A stretch of DNA of 64,000 nt from Patescibacteria group bacterium (GTDB taxonomy: Bacteria > Patescibacteriota > Minisyncoccia > Moranbacterales > UBA9337). The stretch covers positions 3,756 through 67,755 of the forward strand of contig JBHPHA010000002.1 of the NCBI GenBank assembly GCA_042569905.1, written 5' to 3'. Below, in pieces: positions 22,042 through 32,223 of this stretch (position 1 is its first letter; the number at the start of each line of letters is the position of its first letter). Made by a program: the position numbers and the translations under genes. The notes beneath the pieces are model-generated. The model saw only the letters and a program-made list of their open reading frames with translations, had not been told where the DNA came from and did no database searches.

Positions 22042-25000
22042 TTATTTATCAGTTGATTTTACCCCTCCTATTAAGTCAATATCTAGGCATAAACCTTTCA
22101 ACTCATTAACAAGTACATGGAATGATGCTGGAATATTTGGACTACTAATCGGTTCGCCCTTAATAATAGCTTCGTAAGCACCACTTCTACCTTTAATATC
22201 ATCAGATTTAATAGTCAACATTTCTTGAAGAGTATAAGCTGCACCGTATCCTTCAAGTGCCCACACTTCCATCTCTCCAAATCTCTGTCCACCGAACTGA
22301 GCTTTACCTCCAAGAGGTTGCTGAGTAATCAAAGAGTATGGACCAATTGAACGCATATGCAATTTATCATCTACAAGATGGTTCAGTTTCAAAATATACA
22401 TAATTCCAACAGTTGACTCATTGTCAAACTTCTCACCAGTCTTACCATTAGTCAATCCAATCTTTCCATTTTCTGGTAAACCAGCTTTTTTCAATTCAGC
22501 CTTAATATCAGTTTCTGAAACTCCATCCAATGCAGGAGTAGCAACATTATAACCTAATTTTGACGCTGCCCATCCAAGATGAGTTTCCAAAATTTGACCA
22601 ATATTCATACGACTAGCTACACCAAGTGGGTTCAAGATAACATCCACAGCAGTACCATCTGGAAGATGAGGCATATCCTCAACTGGTGCAATTCTTGAAA
22701 TAACACCCTTATTACCATGACGACCAGCTAACTTATCTCCAACAGAGATTTTTCTAAGCTGTGCTATTGAAACTTGAATTTTTTGAATAACTCCAGTTGG
22801 AAGCTTATCACCTTGCTCTCTTGAGAAGATTCTAATGTCAACAACCTTACCATGTTCACCATGAGGAAGATAAAGTGATGAATCTTTAACATCTCTAGAT
22901 TTTTCACCAAAAATAGCTCTAAGCAATCTTTCTTCAGCAGTCAAATCACCCTCACCCTTTGGAGTAATCTTTCCAACCATTATATCACCAGAAGCAACTT
23001 CTGCTCCGATTCTGATAATTCCAGTCTCATCAAGATTTTTCAATCTATCTTCACCGATATTTGGAATATCTCTTGTAATAACTTCCGGTCCAAGCTTTGT
23101 ATCACGAACATCCATAGAGAAGTCCTCAATATGAATAGAGCTATATCTATCTTCTTGAAGAAGTCTTTCTGAAATGATAATCGCATCCTCAAAGTTATAT
23201 CCATCCCAAGGGACAAATGATACTAGTACATTTTGCCCTAGCGCTAACTCTCCGTGATCAGTTGAAGCACCATCTGCAAGCATTTGACCCTTCTTAACTT
23301 TTTCACCTCTAGCAACACGAGGAACCTGATTCATACTAGTGAAAGCATTTGATCTTACGAAAGTTTGTAGTAAATATGTTCTCTTAAAGTATTTATTCTT
23401 AGATCCTGCTGGAGCTGTTTCTTTTACAATAACATGAGCTCCGTCAACCTCAATAACTTCACCACTATTCTTAGCAATCACAACCTGACCTGAATCAGCA
23501 GCTGCTTTATCTTCGATACCAGTACCAACAACAGGAGCTTGTGGAATAACACAAGAAACTGCCTGACGTTGCATATTTGATCCCATCAATGCACGGTTAG
23601 CATCATCATGTTCCAAGAAAGGAATCATTGATGTAGCAATTGAAATACATTGTTTCGCAGAAACATCTACGTAATCCAATGAATCAGCTTCAATCATTTC
23701 TGGATGCCCTTTAACACGAGCCTCTACAGTTCCGTTTAAAATATTTCCATTCTCATCAATCTCAATTCCAGCATGAGCAATAATTTTTCTATCTTCAACA
23801 GTTGCATTTACAAACTCAGTTTCTCTTTCAACAAAAGGCACTATCTCAATAGTCTCTTCCTTCACTGCCTTTGCAACTGCCTTTGCTGATTTTTCATCAA
23901 GAATCTCACCACTCTTAGCAGCACCTTTGATATTTTCCTTTAGAATTCTACCAAACAATGCCTCAGCAGTAGCCTTAACTTCCTTTGTAACCTTCAAGTA
24001 AGGAGTCTCTAGGAAACCATACTCGTTAATCCTTGCGTAAGTAGCCATCTGTCCAACCAAACCAATGTTTGGACCTTCAGGAGTCTGTACTGGACAAATT
24101 CTTCCATAATGAGAATGATGTACATCACGAACTTCAAATCCAGCTCTTTCTCTTGTAAGACCTCCAGGACCCATAGCACTAAACCTTCTTTTATGTTCTA
24201 GCTCAGCTAAAGGATTTACTTGATCCATAAATTGTGAAAGCTGTGAACTAGAGAAGAATTCTTTAATAGAGGCTGCTACTGGTCTTGAATTGATAATCTG
24301 TCCAGGAACTACAGTATTAACTTCACAAGTACTCATTCTGTCACGAATATTCTTAGACATTCTTGCCATACCAACCCTCAACTTGTTTTGCACAAGCTCT
24401 CCAACTCCTCTAACACGCCTATTTCCCAAGTGATCAATATCATCAGCTTGAGCTTCAGGATCGTTATTTAACTTAATAATTTCTTTTATAACTAAAATAA
24501 GGTCTTCAGTATTCAAAATTCTGTTCTCCTCTTCGTTTGAACGTTCAACGCTCAATCTTTGATTTAACCTATATCGTCCAACTTTTCCAAAATCATAACG
24601 ATTAAAGTCAAAAAACATTGAATCAATCATTTGTTTTGCATTGTCTTCAGTAGCAAAATCTCCTGGTCTGATTCTTTTGTATACCTCTTTATAACCTTCT
24701 CCTTGAGTTTTTGTAATATCTTTATTGATTGTTTCATCAATAAAATGAACATCTCCTAAGTCAACATCAGAAAACGCCTTTTTAATTTTTTCATCTTCTA
24801 TGTACCCAAAAGCACGCAGTAATGATGTTACTGGGATTTTTCTTTTTCTATCAATTTTTACTGAGATTACTCCGTCTAAATCTGTATCAATCTCAAGCCA
24901 AGCACCTCTATTAGGGATAATTTTTGCACCGAAAAGTTTCTTACCCTTTTGATAAGTTACAGTAAAGAAAACACCTGGGCTTCTGATAAGCTGATTAACA

Positions 25001-25428
25001 ACAACTCTTTCAACTCCGTTTACGATAAATGTTCCTCTATCTGTCATTATTGGAAGATCTCCTAAATACACTTCTTGTTCTCTAACTTCACCAGTTTTCT
25101 TCACCAAAAGAGAGGCCTTAGCTCTAAGAGGAGCCTCATATGAAATGTTCTTATTATTTGAAGTCAACTCATCATACTTTGGTTCATCAAGATAGTAGTC
25201 AGAAATTGTAACTTCTAACTCCCTACCTGTAGCATCCACAATAGGATTAACTTCATCTAACAATTCTTGAAAACCCTTGTCCAAAAGCCAGTCATATGAC
25301 TGAGTTTGCGCCTCAATTAAATTTGGTAGAGACACCATAAACCTCTTCTTGAAAAACTTTCTCTTCGATAAGGATGAAGCAGCACTGAAATTCTCCTTAA
25401 TCTTTAAGTCCTTGTCTTTTTTAAGCAT
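22042..25428 (-). CDS. rpoB: DNA-directed RNA polymerase subunit beta
   Basis: Conserved LIEAQTQSYDWLL, GRHGNKGV, RFGEMEVWALE motifs; start set to ATG 25428 (track start 25491 is probably over-extended). Confidence 0.97.
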   Translation of the reverse strand: MLKKDKDLKIKENFSAASSLSKRKFFKKRFMVSLPNLIEAQTQSYDWLLDKGFQELLDEVNPIVDATGRELEVTISDYYLDEPKYDELTSNNKNISYEAPLRAKASLLVKKTGEVREQEVYLGDLPIMTDRGTFIVNGVERVVVNQLIRSPGVFFTVTYQKGKKLFGAKIIPNRGAWLEIDTDLDGVISVKIDRKRKIPVTSLLRAFGYIEDEKIKKAFSDVDLGDVHFIDETINKDITKTQGEGYKEVYKRIRPGDFATEDNAKQMIDSMFFDFNRYDFGKVGRYRLNQRLSVERSNEEENRILNTEDLILVIKEIIKLNNDPEAQADDIDHLGNRRVRGVGELVQNKLRVGMARMSKNIRDRMSTCEVNTVVPGQIINSRPVAASIKEFFSSSQLSQFMDQVNPLAELEHKRRFSAMGPGGLTRERAGFEVRDVHHSHYGRICPVQTPEGPNIGLVGQMATYARINEYGFLETPYLKVTKEVKATAEALFGRILKENIKGAAKSGEILDEKSAKAVAKAVKEETIEIVPFVERETEFVNATVEDRKIIAHAGIEIDENGNILNGTVEARVKGHPEMIEADSLDYVDVSAKQCISIATSMIPFLEHDDANRALMGSNMQRQAVSCVIPQAPVVGTGIEDKAAADSGQVVIAKNSGEVIEVDGAHVIVKETAPAGSKNKYFKRTYLLQTFVRSNAFTSMNQVPRVARGEKVKKGQMLADGASTDHGELALGQNVLVSFVPWDGYNFEDAIIISERLLQEDRYSSIHIEDFSMDVRDTKLGPEVITRDIPNIGEDRLKNLDETGIIRIGAEVASGDIMVGKITPKGEGDLTAEERLLRAIFGEKSRDVKDSSLYLPHGEHGKVVDIRIFSREQGDKLPTGVIQKIQVSIAQLRKISVGDKLAGRHGNKGVISRIAPVEDMPHLPDGTAVDVILNPLGVASRMNIGQILETHLGWAASKLGYNVATPALDGVSETDIKAELKKAGLPENGKIGLTNGKTGEKFDNESTVGIMYILKLNHLVDDKLHMRSIGPYSLITQQPLGGKAQFGGQRFGEMEVWALEGYGAAYTLQEMLTIKSDDIKGRSGAYEAIIKGEPISSPNIPASFHVLVNELKGLCLDIDLIGGVKSTDK

Positions 25429-25608
25429 AAAAACACATCTCATCACGACACTCCCATCACAACTCCAGCAGAGCGTAAAGGGCTTGATCAATGAGATTCA
25501 TTTAAAGATTCGTATTTAGTTATCCTCTTTTATATAAATAATTCATTACCTAGTAAGCATTATTATACACGATTGAAAAAATAGTGCAAGCCCATCAGCA
25601 ATTTCTTA

Positions 25609-25637
25609 ATTTTAGCACGCTAAAACGCTTTTGTCAA
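25609..25637 (-). promoter_or_regulatory. rpoBC promoter TTGACA-N17-TAAAAT
   Basis: Minus strand: ttgaca aaagcgttttagcgtgc taaaat, ~180 nt upstream of the rpoB ATG. Confidence 0.5.
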
Positions 25638-25856
25638 TAGGAAATACGCCATTTTCGACACTCAATACAAAGAATTTAGTGAAAAATATCGTTTTTAGTG
25701 TTTTTACCCCATTTTACCTCTGTTTATGGAGAAAAAGTAGGAAATATTCGTGCTTTTTTGAGAAAATAAAAAATCCAATAATCAAATGATTATTGGATTT
25801 TTGAATTCATATTCATTGGATAGCACTATATGCTAAATATTCAAATCCATGAAACA

Positions 25857-26339
25857 TCATCCTTTTTCAGACGAATCCCACTTCATGTCGACAAACTCCT
25901 TATACTGCGCATCTTGAAGAGTCCAGAGAACCTGAAGAAGGTGTTTTTTAGTTTTAATTTCTTGTGCAGTTCTGAAAAATCTATCCTTATACATCAAATT
26001 CATGATATATTTCAAGTCAACAGTATTGCCCACTGAATACTGAACAATTGCAGATTCAGTATCCCTACTTGAATTAAGCATATACGGTGCCCAATCCAGG
26101 TTGTCACACAAAAATTTCCTCCCGTCACTAAGACACTTCACTTCTTCATAATCGCTAATATCCAATTCTTTGCATAGTGCTGGGTAATTTATCCTTGCAT
26201 TCAATACACGTGCTTTTTTTGCTTCTTTAGCAAAAAAAACATGGACGAAAAAAAGCTGAAATTTTTCTAATTGATTTTCAAAATTCACCTCTCCAATCTC
26301 TTTGAAAATACTATAAATATTCCTTTTACTTGCACTCAT
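25857..26339 (-). CDS. hypothetical protein (orphan)
   Basis: 160 aa; AGAGGTGA RBS; terminator at ~25768-25803. Confidence 0.55.
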   Translation of the reverse strand: MSASKRNIYSIFKEIGEVNFENQLEKFQLFFVHVFFAKEAKKARVLNARINYPALCKELDISDYEEVKCLSDGRKFLCDNLDWAPYMLNSSRDTESAIVQYSVGNTVDLKYIMNLMYKDRFFRTAQEIKTKKHLLQVLWTLQDAQYKEFVDMKWDSSEKG

Positions 26340-26462
26340 GGATCACCTCTTTTTTTAAGATACTTTTGATATGAAAACTATTTCCAATTGCCAACTTAAT
26401 GACTCACTAATTTAACATCCAACATCCTCTATGTCAATAGACATTCCCTGTTTTTTATTATT

Positions 26463-26496
26463 AAAAAAACGAGTGGGGATTTTACCACACTCGTTT
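26463..26496 (-). terminator. terminator family T-a, copy 1
   Basis: aaaaaaacgagtggggattttaccacactcgttt; on the minus strand a hairpin followed by a T-run. Confidence 0.7.
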
Positions 26497-26521
26497 ATAT
26501 CTTACTTCTTTCTATGCAATT

Positions 26522-27178
26522 CTATCGCTTTCTATTGTAACGACGATGCATTTTTGAATAGTTCTTTCCTTGACACGCCTTGCTTCCAGTCCTATTGCCT
26601 CGCTTGGAGGCACTTGGCACACTAGCATGCATAATATTTCTTGAAATACTCCTGCGTACATCTATTGCCTCCAAACCAATATGCTGAACATGCAATTCCA
26701 AGCCAGATTGACGTAAAGTTGCGGTCTTAATCTCAAAATCAAGATCTTTCATTTTACCAATGAGCTTACTACTATCCTCAGCTCCGTCAGTTACTATTAA
26801 AACAGACTGACTTCCACAACCACAAGATCCTATCTTTGCTGTATCACCGGGTCTAGCAACAATACTACAGCAGTACGTTTCCTCATCCACTTCAACATTA
26901 ACATTGAGACCAGCGGCACGAAGAGCTGATATTCCATTCTCGAACATAAGACTAATAATCCTAACATCCTGTCGATTCTCAAAAACCACGACGGCGCAAC
27001 TCAGATCTTCATGCTCCAACATATCACCGAGGATCTCTTCCGAGGCTGTGACCATCAAATCATCTTCTGGCAAACTAAGGATAACTTCACTCACCTTCAC
27101 AAACAAATCCACCTTCTTCTTCAAACGTTTTGCGATTTTCAAATTTCCTTTCATCTCATTTAAGTCTTCGCGATTCAT
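26522..27178 (-). CDS. hypothetical protein (family P, long form with basic C-tail)
   Basis: 218 aa; ATGA overlap with the upstream gene; N-terminal ~110 aa weakly similar to 27928..28248. Confidence 0.6.
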   Translation of the reverse strand: MNREDLNEMKGNLKIAKRLKKKVDLFVKVSEVILSLPEDDLMVTASEEILGDMLEHEDLSCAVVVFENRQDVRIISLMFENGISALRAAGLNVNVEVDEETYCCSIVARPGDTAKIGSCGCGSQSVLIVTDGAEDSSKLIGKMKDLDFEIKTATLRQSGLELHVQHIGLEAIDVRRSISRNIMHASVPSASKRGNRTGSKACQGKNYSKMHRRYNRKR

Positions 27179-27744
27179 ACCTTAAATCCTTTTTCAAAAG
27201 TAAGATTATTACCAACAACTCCAACAACGCTATTTTTAATAAGCGTAGTTCCCCCATCTCTGGTTATCATGAATGAAACTTTCTCGTCCTGACGATAATA
27301 CTTTTCGAAGGGATTATTAAAAATCCCACCATCATACCCAACACTCCATGATGCATCCAGAGGTTGCTTGATTACCGTTATAATGACTCCTTCCTCCACA
27401 CTTACTCTTTTTGTTTTCATGAAAACAATTTCCGAACTACTCCGCTCGAAGTAAATCTTCTTACTTCCACAATAATTAACAGTGTCTCCTTCAACTTTGA
27501 TAATATATTCCGGATCCTTATTCGGTTCACCGAAAAATACCCAGGTCACTCCATTCACCTCAATCACCAGCAAGCCGTTGGCGCCGAAAACAATCGGCTG
27601 ATCCTCTGTAATTCCAATGTCCATAGCAAATCCGACTTCGCCATCGACATGAATATCGTACATGTTCGCACAGTTAATTTTTGTACCGTACCATATATTT
27701 ACGCCACACTCCAATTCATGTTTAATCATTTTGGCCATTTTCAT
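27175..27744 (-). CDS. hypothetical all-beta-looking protein
   Basis: 189 aa; GAAGGAGA RBS; canonical promoter upstream. Confidence 0.6.
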   Translation of the reverse strand: MKMAKMIKHELECGVNIWYGTKINCANMYDIHVDGEVGFAMDIGITEDQPIVFGANGLLVIEVNGVTWVFFGEPNKDPEYIIKVEGDTVNYCGSKKIYFERSSSEIVFMKTKRVSVEEGVIITVIKQPLDASWSVGYDGGIFNNPFEKYYRQDEKVSFMITRDGGTTLIKNSVVGVVGNNLTFEKGFKV

Positions 27745-27801
27745 TCTCCTTCAGTTTGTCTTACAGATTTCTATATTTATTCAATTGTTAAACAACACCT
27801 A

Positions 27802-27830
27802 ATATTACACTATTTTTCAACTTTTGTCAA
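27802..27830 (-). promoter_or_regulatory. promoter TTGACA-N17-TAATAT, followed by conserved leader at 27780-27797
   Basis: Minus strand: ttgaca aaagttgaaaaatagtg taatat. Confidence 0.65.
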
Positions 27831-27884
27831 TAAGCATATGTAATATGCACAGACATATTGTTTTCGTACCAAAAAATTTTCAAC

Positions 27885-27916
27885 AAAAAACGAGTGGGGA
27901 TTTTTCCACACTCGCT
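27885..27916 (-). terminator. terminator family T-a, copy 2
   Basis: aaaaaacgagtggggatttttccacactcgctt. Confidence 0.7.
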
Positions 27917-27927
27917 TGAAAGCACTC

Positions 27928-28248
27928 CTACTCTATAATTGCAACAACCCGAAAAACAGAATCCTGCTTCTCAACCAAAACACCAATACCAGCAGAACGA
28001 AATACTTCGATTTCCTTTTGATACATTACCTCTACATCACTCATATTGCAGAGAGCTCTTTTTGAAAGACTAGCCAATATAATTTCATTTCTTGCGACAC
28101 AACGCACTAATTCCGTAAAATTAGAAACTCGTACCAAAGGATTATCCTTAGGTAATTTAACAAAAATCTTAATTGTATCAAGAAAAAAATCACACCCTCT
28201 ATGTTCCTCAAAAAGCTTTCTTAATGCATCCACCTCACCATCAATCAT
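27928..28248 (-). CDS. hypothetical protein (family P, short form)
   Basis: 106 aa; AGGAGG RBS; LPKDNPLV and FRSAGIGVLVE match LPEDDLMV and LRAAGLNVNVE of 26522..27178. Confidence 0.55.
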   Translation of the reverse strand: MIDGEVDALRKLFEEHRGCDFFLDTIKIFVKLPKDNPLVRVSNFTELVRCVARNEIILASLSKRALCNMSDVEVMYQKEIEVFRSAGIGVLVEKQDSVFRVVAIIE

Positions 28249-28349
28249 CTACACATGTCCTCCTTCCTTAGAGTCATTATTTCATTCTATATCAACTGCC
28301 AAACAAAACATTATACTAAGCTATGCCCCTAATTTTGTCAACAGAGAAC

Positions 28350-29687
28350 TCACCTACTCAACAGTTCATTAATCACGTTTTCATCCTTGCAAGAATGACG
28401 GTTATCTGCTGAATAGTATTTTCTTGATTTTCCATAGCAACCACCGTTTTCTTTGTATAACGGAGTTAATATAGGCATCAAAAATCCAACGTCTTTTTTT
28501 GAAAAATATCCCTCTAAGTATCGAAGAGTTTCAGCTCTTTTTTTGCGACTCATATGAGCGAAAGTCCCCATGTCATCACCTTCAATTCCACTCCAATCCA
28601 AGTGCACAAAAACATTATTTGCTTTCTTGGAAAACTTTTTGTTCCACAAAAGTGCCCAACACCAATCGCCTTTTTTCTTCCACCAGCGAGAATAACATGG
28701 GCCTTTTTCAATTTCCCCTTTCGGACTGATTCCAATTCCCCCTTCAATAAAGTCAAATTGTCGCAAATATTTCTCATCATTAATGTCATTCGTCTGAGCC
28801 CCAATCACAATTTCAATCCCTTTAAATTTGGCATACGCTCGCATTTCTCTCAAAACTTGTTCAGCTGAGGAATTGGTAATGTAGTCTTGAAAATATATTT
28901 GCCCAAACATAAAACTCTGCACTCCCAAGTCCATAGCCTTTTTAGTAATATCCAGAACATAGAGACGATACTCTTCCCTTCCTAAGGAAGGCTTGCAAGT
29001 ATGTTCCCCCCAAAAGTTCTTACTTCCTGATCGACACATTCTGTTGAATTCAAATTCCCTATTTTCTGTCTCATAGAGATAAATTGCCTTTGTGTCAATC
29101 GCTTCAGCAATAAACATGCCATACAACACATCATCCCTATTCTTTGTAATGCTCCCCATAGTCTTCTCAATCTCTTCAAAATCAGGAGGACTAAGCCATG
29201 TCTCAATGGATCGATGCAGGTAGTAGCAGCTTGATCTATTCACCAGCTCCACTACAGATTTTTCTCTCGTTTCCTTATTTGCTCTATTTAAAATACCATC
29301 TACTACACAACCCTGTCTTTTCATTCTCTGCATATTTGGTGGCAAAAGATTCAAAGCGGGTTCGTCTGGAAATTCAGCCTGCCACTGTTCAATTAATTTC
29401 TTATACTCCAGTTCTACCGCCCTAATTTTTGCCCTCTCACTCTGCTGTTCATATTCTTTAACAATATCACCTGTATTTCTCTCTATTGCCCACATAATAA
29501 ATCCGAACAATACTAAAGACGCCAGAGTAAAAACTCCTAAAAAAATCCAACTTTTCGCTGTAGTCTCTTTAGTTATCTCTAAAAATCTCATACTCAAAAA
29601 GTTAATAATATCTCTTTCTATTTTACCACAAAAACCACCTTCCCTCCTCCTCTCTTCAGAATAGAGGGATAAAAAAGGACGAGTCAT
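28350..29687 (-). CDS. membrane-anchored hypothetical protein (possible TIM-barrel-like ectodomain)
   Basis: 445 aa; one TM (WIFLGVFTLASLVLFGFIMWAI); starts 6 nt after the stop of 29694..30395; Trp/Cys-rich C-terminal half. Confidence 0.6.
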   Translation of the reverse strand: MTRPFLSLYSEERRREGGFCGKIERDIINFLSMRFLEITKETTAKSWIFLGVFTLASLVLFGFIMWAIERNTGDIVKEYEQQSERAKIRAVELEYKKLIEQWQAEFPDEPALNLLPPNMQRMKRQGCVVDGILNRANKETREKSVVELVNRSSCYYLHRSIETWLSPPDFEEIEKTMGSITKNRDDVLYGMFIAEAIDTKAIYLYETENREFEFNRMCRSGSKNFWGEHTCKPSLGREEYRLYVLDITKKAMDLGVQSFMFGQIYFQDYITNSSAEQVLREMRAYAKFKGIEIVIGAQTNDINDEKYLRQFDFIEGGIGISPKGEIEKGPCYSRWWKKKGDWCWALLWNKKFSKKANNVFVHLDWSGIEGDDMGTFAHMSRKKRAETLRYLEGYFSKKDVGFLMPILTPLYKENGGCYGKSRKYYSADNRHSCKDENVINELLSR

Positions 29688-29693
29688 TATAAC

Positions 29694-30395
29694 TCATCCC
29701 TGATAAGTATTCACCACTTTGTTTGCAAAATTATTAAGCTCTTTTACCTTTTCCTCAGGAGTAAATCCATCCTCATATACGTCCAATCGCAAAAGGATGT
29801 CTGCTTGAATTTTTGAATCCTTGTATCCACCTGTTTTCAAGTCAAATGACACATTCTCCCTATCTCCATCTTCCCTCACAATCTCAACCCAGCCATCGAT
29901 TCCACATTGATAATCCAAAGGAGTACCTACTGCAGTGTAGAAATTCACCTCTGAAATATTTAAGTTAGCTTGTTTTAATTTTTGAATAAGTACTAATTCA
30001 GCCTCTCTGGAAACATTTTGCTCACTCTTATCTTTTTCTGCTGGCTGATGCTGTCTTGCGAAGTCAAAAAGTGCATTTTTCACTTTCTCATAATCCTCAG
30101 GAGTTTTTCGAGTAGGCACAGGAACCTTCTCCTTTCTCCCTATCTTACACTTACCCAAAAGAGACTCTTCGCATACATGACCCCTATCAATCTCTCTTGT
30201 AATGGGGTTCACCATGTATCCCTTTTTCTCAATCAGTCCTCTTTTTGCAGCTTCTCTTTTGACATACTCAGCGTACGGCATTCTCTTAAAACTAGGTTTC
30301 TCAGATCTTTCACGCTTCCCAGCCTTAGACGCTGCAATATCCCTCCTTTTCCTTTCTGGACTATTCGTAAATGTTGGCATTCTTTCAAAGCTCAT
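29694..30395 (-). CDS. hypothetical protein, family A (basic N-terminus + conserved C-domain)
   Basis: 233 aa; clear paralog of 33958..34680 (shared KPSF..M.YA(D/E)Y, LFDFAR.HQP, AVGTPLDYQCG(I/V)DGWVEIV, FDLKTG, IQADI(L/M)L). Confidence 0.65.
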   Translation of the reverse strand: MSFERMPTFTNSPERKRRDIAASKAGKRERSEKPSFKRMPYAEYVKREAAKRGLIEKKGYMVNPITREIDRGHVCEESLLGKCKIGRKEKVPVPTRKTPEDYEKVKNALFDFARQHQPAEKDKSEQNVSREAELVLIQKLKQANLNISEVNFYTAVGTPLDYQCGIDGWVEIVREDGDRENVSFDLKTGGYKDSKIQADILLRLDVYEDGFTPEEKVKELNNFANKVVNTYQG

Positions 30396-30576
30396 ATTTT
30401 TAAAATCATATCAATCTTTTACAGATTAAATGATGTTATTATTTACAAGATATTACACTAAAAGTATACCACCAAAGATTGAGTCAAACAAAAAAAGTAC
30501 CATTTAAATTGCAATTTAAATGGTACTTTAATTTATCATTATGCCTTACACTGAAATAGAGAACTCACATAATCTC

Positions 30577-30605
30577 TTGACAAATAGCTAAAAATATGCT
30601 AAATT
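30577..30605 (+). promoter_or_regulatory. promoter TTGACA-N17-TAAATT
   Basis: ttgaca aatagctaaaaatatgc taaatt. Confidence 0.6.
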
Positions 30606-30662
30606 AAATAGTTAGACAAGTTGTTTTAAATTATTAATAATCAATTCACAAGGAGACTCTCA

Positions 30663-31007
30663 ATGATGGATTTAGTTATCACAATCGCAATACTGGGCAC
30701 TGGAACAATGATCGGCGGTAAGATTTTTAAGCTTACCGCGGGACATATAACTGAATTAGCAATTCTTCAGTTAGCAGCAGCTGCATTTTATTATGTAGCC
30801 AGTGTCGACATACTCCCCGTTAATCCGAAGTTTGTCATAAACATAGTAGTTTGCTCAACCTTGCTCTGTGACGGGTTCTTACAGGACCCAAAAAAAAGAA
30901 ACCTAAAGCGAACCCTTCTAAAAATAGCGGTGCAGGTAATTGCAATACTGTTGTGTGCTTACTTATTAGGTGATAGTATCTCAAACTTATTCACATTGAA
31001 TTATTAA
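30663..31007 (+). CDS. hypothetical membrane protein
   Basis: 114 aa, 3-4 TM; AGGAGA RBS; terminator at 31032-31066. Confidence 0.6.
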   Translation: MMDLVITIAILGTGTMIGGKIFKLTAGHITELAILQLAAAAFYYVASVDILPVNPKFVINIVVCSTLLCDGFLQDPKKRNLKRTLLKIAVQVIAILLCAYLLGDSISNLFTLNY

Positions 31008-31031
31008 GAAAAAAACGCCCTGACAAACAAT

Positions 31032-31066
31032 AAAGTCGCAAGGAAAACCCTGCGACTTTTTTATTT
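31032..31066 (+). terminator. terminator family T-c, copy 1
   Basis: aaagtcgcaaggaaaaccctgcgactttttt; same 31 nt occurs at 37626-37660. Confidence 0.7.
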
Positions 31067-31084
31067 TTCTCATTTTAACGTATC

Positions 31085-31117
31085 AAAAAACGAGTGGGGA
31101 TTTTTCCACACTCGTTT
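31085..31117 (-). terminator. terminator family T-a, copy 3
   Basis: aaaaaacgagtggggatttttccacactcgttt. Confidence 0.7.
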
Positions 31118-31141
31118 AAAAACTTCATATTACTACATTCT

Positions 31142-31543
31142 CTAGCGCTTAATTCCGCTGAATTGATGATGTTTTTCATCAATATCGTTGAGAAATGATA
31201 GTTTACATGAGAATTGACCAGAGCCCTCGATTAGGGCCCAAAATTTCTCAGATCCATCTCCCCATAACATCTTTCCGAAAAGCTCCCAAGCAAATTCAAA
31301 AGCTTCTTTATTGTATTTAAAGATCCTGTAAGGTGCTCCAGAAACTTGATTTCTCCATGCCCAATCACTTCCTTGCATAAGAACATTCTTCTCAACCAAT
31401 ACCAACGAATACACCCCAAATCCTCGAGAAGAAGCTTTTTTTAATAATATATTTATAATTAGATACCTCTCCCCCTCCACAAGCTCATCTTCATTTCGAA
31501 CCATCAACGTTTTCAAAAAATCAATCTTTTCTTGCTCAGTCAT
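31142..31543 (-). CDS. hypothetical protein, family C
   Basis: Start at MTEQEK (AGAGGGG RBS); paralog of 56610..57044. Confidence 0.6.
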   Translation of the reverse strand: MTEQEKIDFLKTLMVRNEDELVEGERYLIINILLKKASSRGFGVYSLVLVEKNVLMQGSDWAWRNQVSGAPYRIFKYNKEAFEFAWELFGKMLWGDGSEKFWALIEGSGQFSCKLSFLNDIDEKHHQFSGIKR

Positions 31544-31602
31544 AATGCCCCTCTGTCTTGGTTTGTAGGATTTAAAGATATTCAATTGTTAAACAACATT
31601 CT

Positions 31603-31631
31603 ACGTTACACTATTCTATTGATTTTGTCAA
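31603..31631 (-). promoter_or_regulatory. promoter TTGACA-N17-TAACGT, followed by conserved leader at 31581-31598
   Basis: Minus strand: ttgaca aaatcaatagaatagtg taacgt. Confidence 0.55.
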
Positions 31632-31745
31632 ATACAATACCTCTATGCGCATTACATTTCTTCATTGACAGGATCAACAAAATACCTTACCTTGTACATA
31701 AATAAGATAATAAAGAACATTAACATTCATACAAGGAGAGAAACT

Positions 31746-32078
31746 GTGAACAAAAGAACTGACGTCTCTCGTAAAAAAATTAGAGACTTCCAGAAAAAAA
31801 TCGCAAGCCCATCTTATCAGAAGATTGAAATCGACATACCCTCAGCCTTTCTAGGAGCAGTCATCTCTCCGATATTATTTGCATTGTCCGCGATAATCTA
31901 CGTCCTATACGCAATAGTCTACGTGATATTAGCGATAGCCTACACTTTTTTCATTATCATATTCTACGTTGCAATGCTTATATTCTATATTGCAATGTTT
32001 GCATTCTGTTGTGGAGTAGTACTTGCTATGATCGTAGTCATTCTTAGAATTTTCGCAACTTTCCTGAGCATTCTTTGA
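31746..32078 (+). CDS. hypothetical membrane protein with repetitive Y/I/A-rich TM region
   Basis: GTG 31746 preceded by AGGAGA; the track TTG start at 31665 is actually the TTGACA -35 box; terminator at ~32108-32141. Confidence 0.5.
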   Translation: MNKRTDVSRKKIRDFQKKIASPSYQKIEIDIPSAFLGAVISPILFALSAIIYVLYAIVYVILAIAYTFFIIIFYVAMLIFYIAMFAFCCGVVLAMIVVILRIFATFLSIL

Positions 32079-32223
32079 TAACAGGAATGCGACACAAACA
32101 CCCCTCTAAAAAACCGTAAGCGGAAATCTGCCTACGGTTTTAATTTTTCTCAGAAAATAAAAACAAGGAAACTGTTTAGTTTCCTTGCTTGAGTCTTAAA
32201 GATAAGACTATTCTTCCTTAAGC

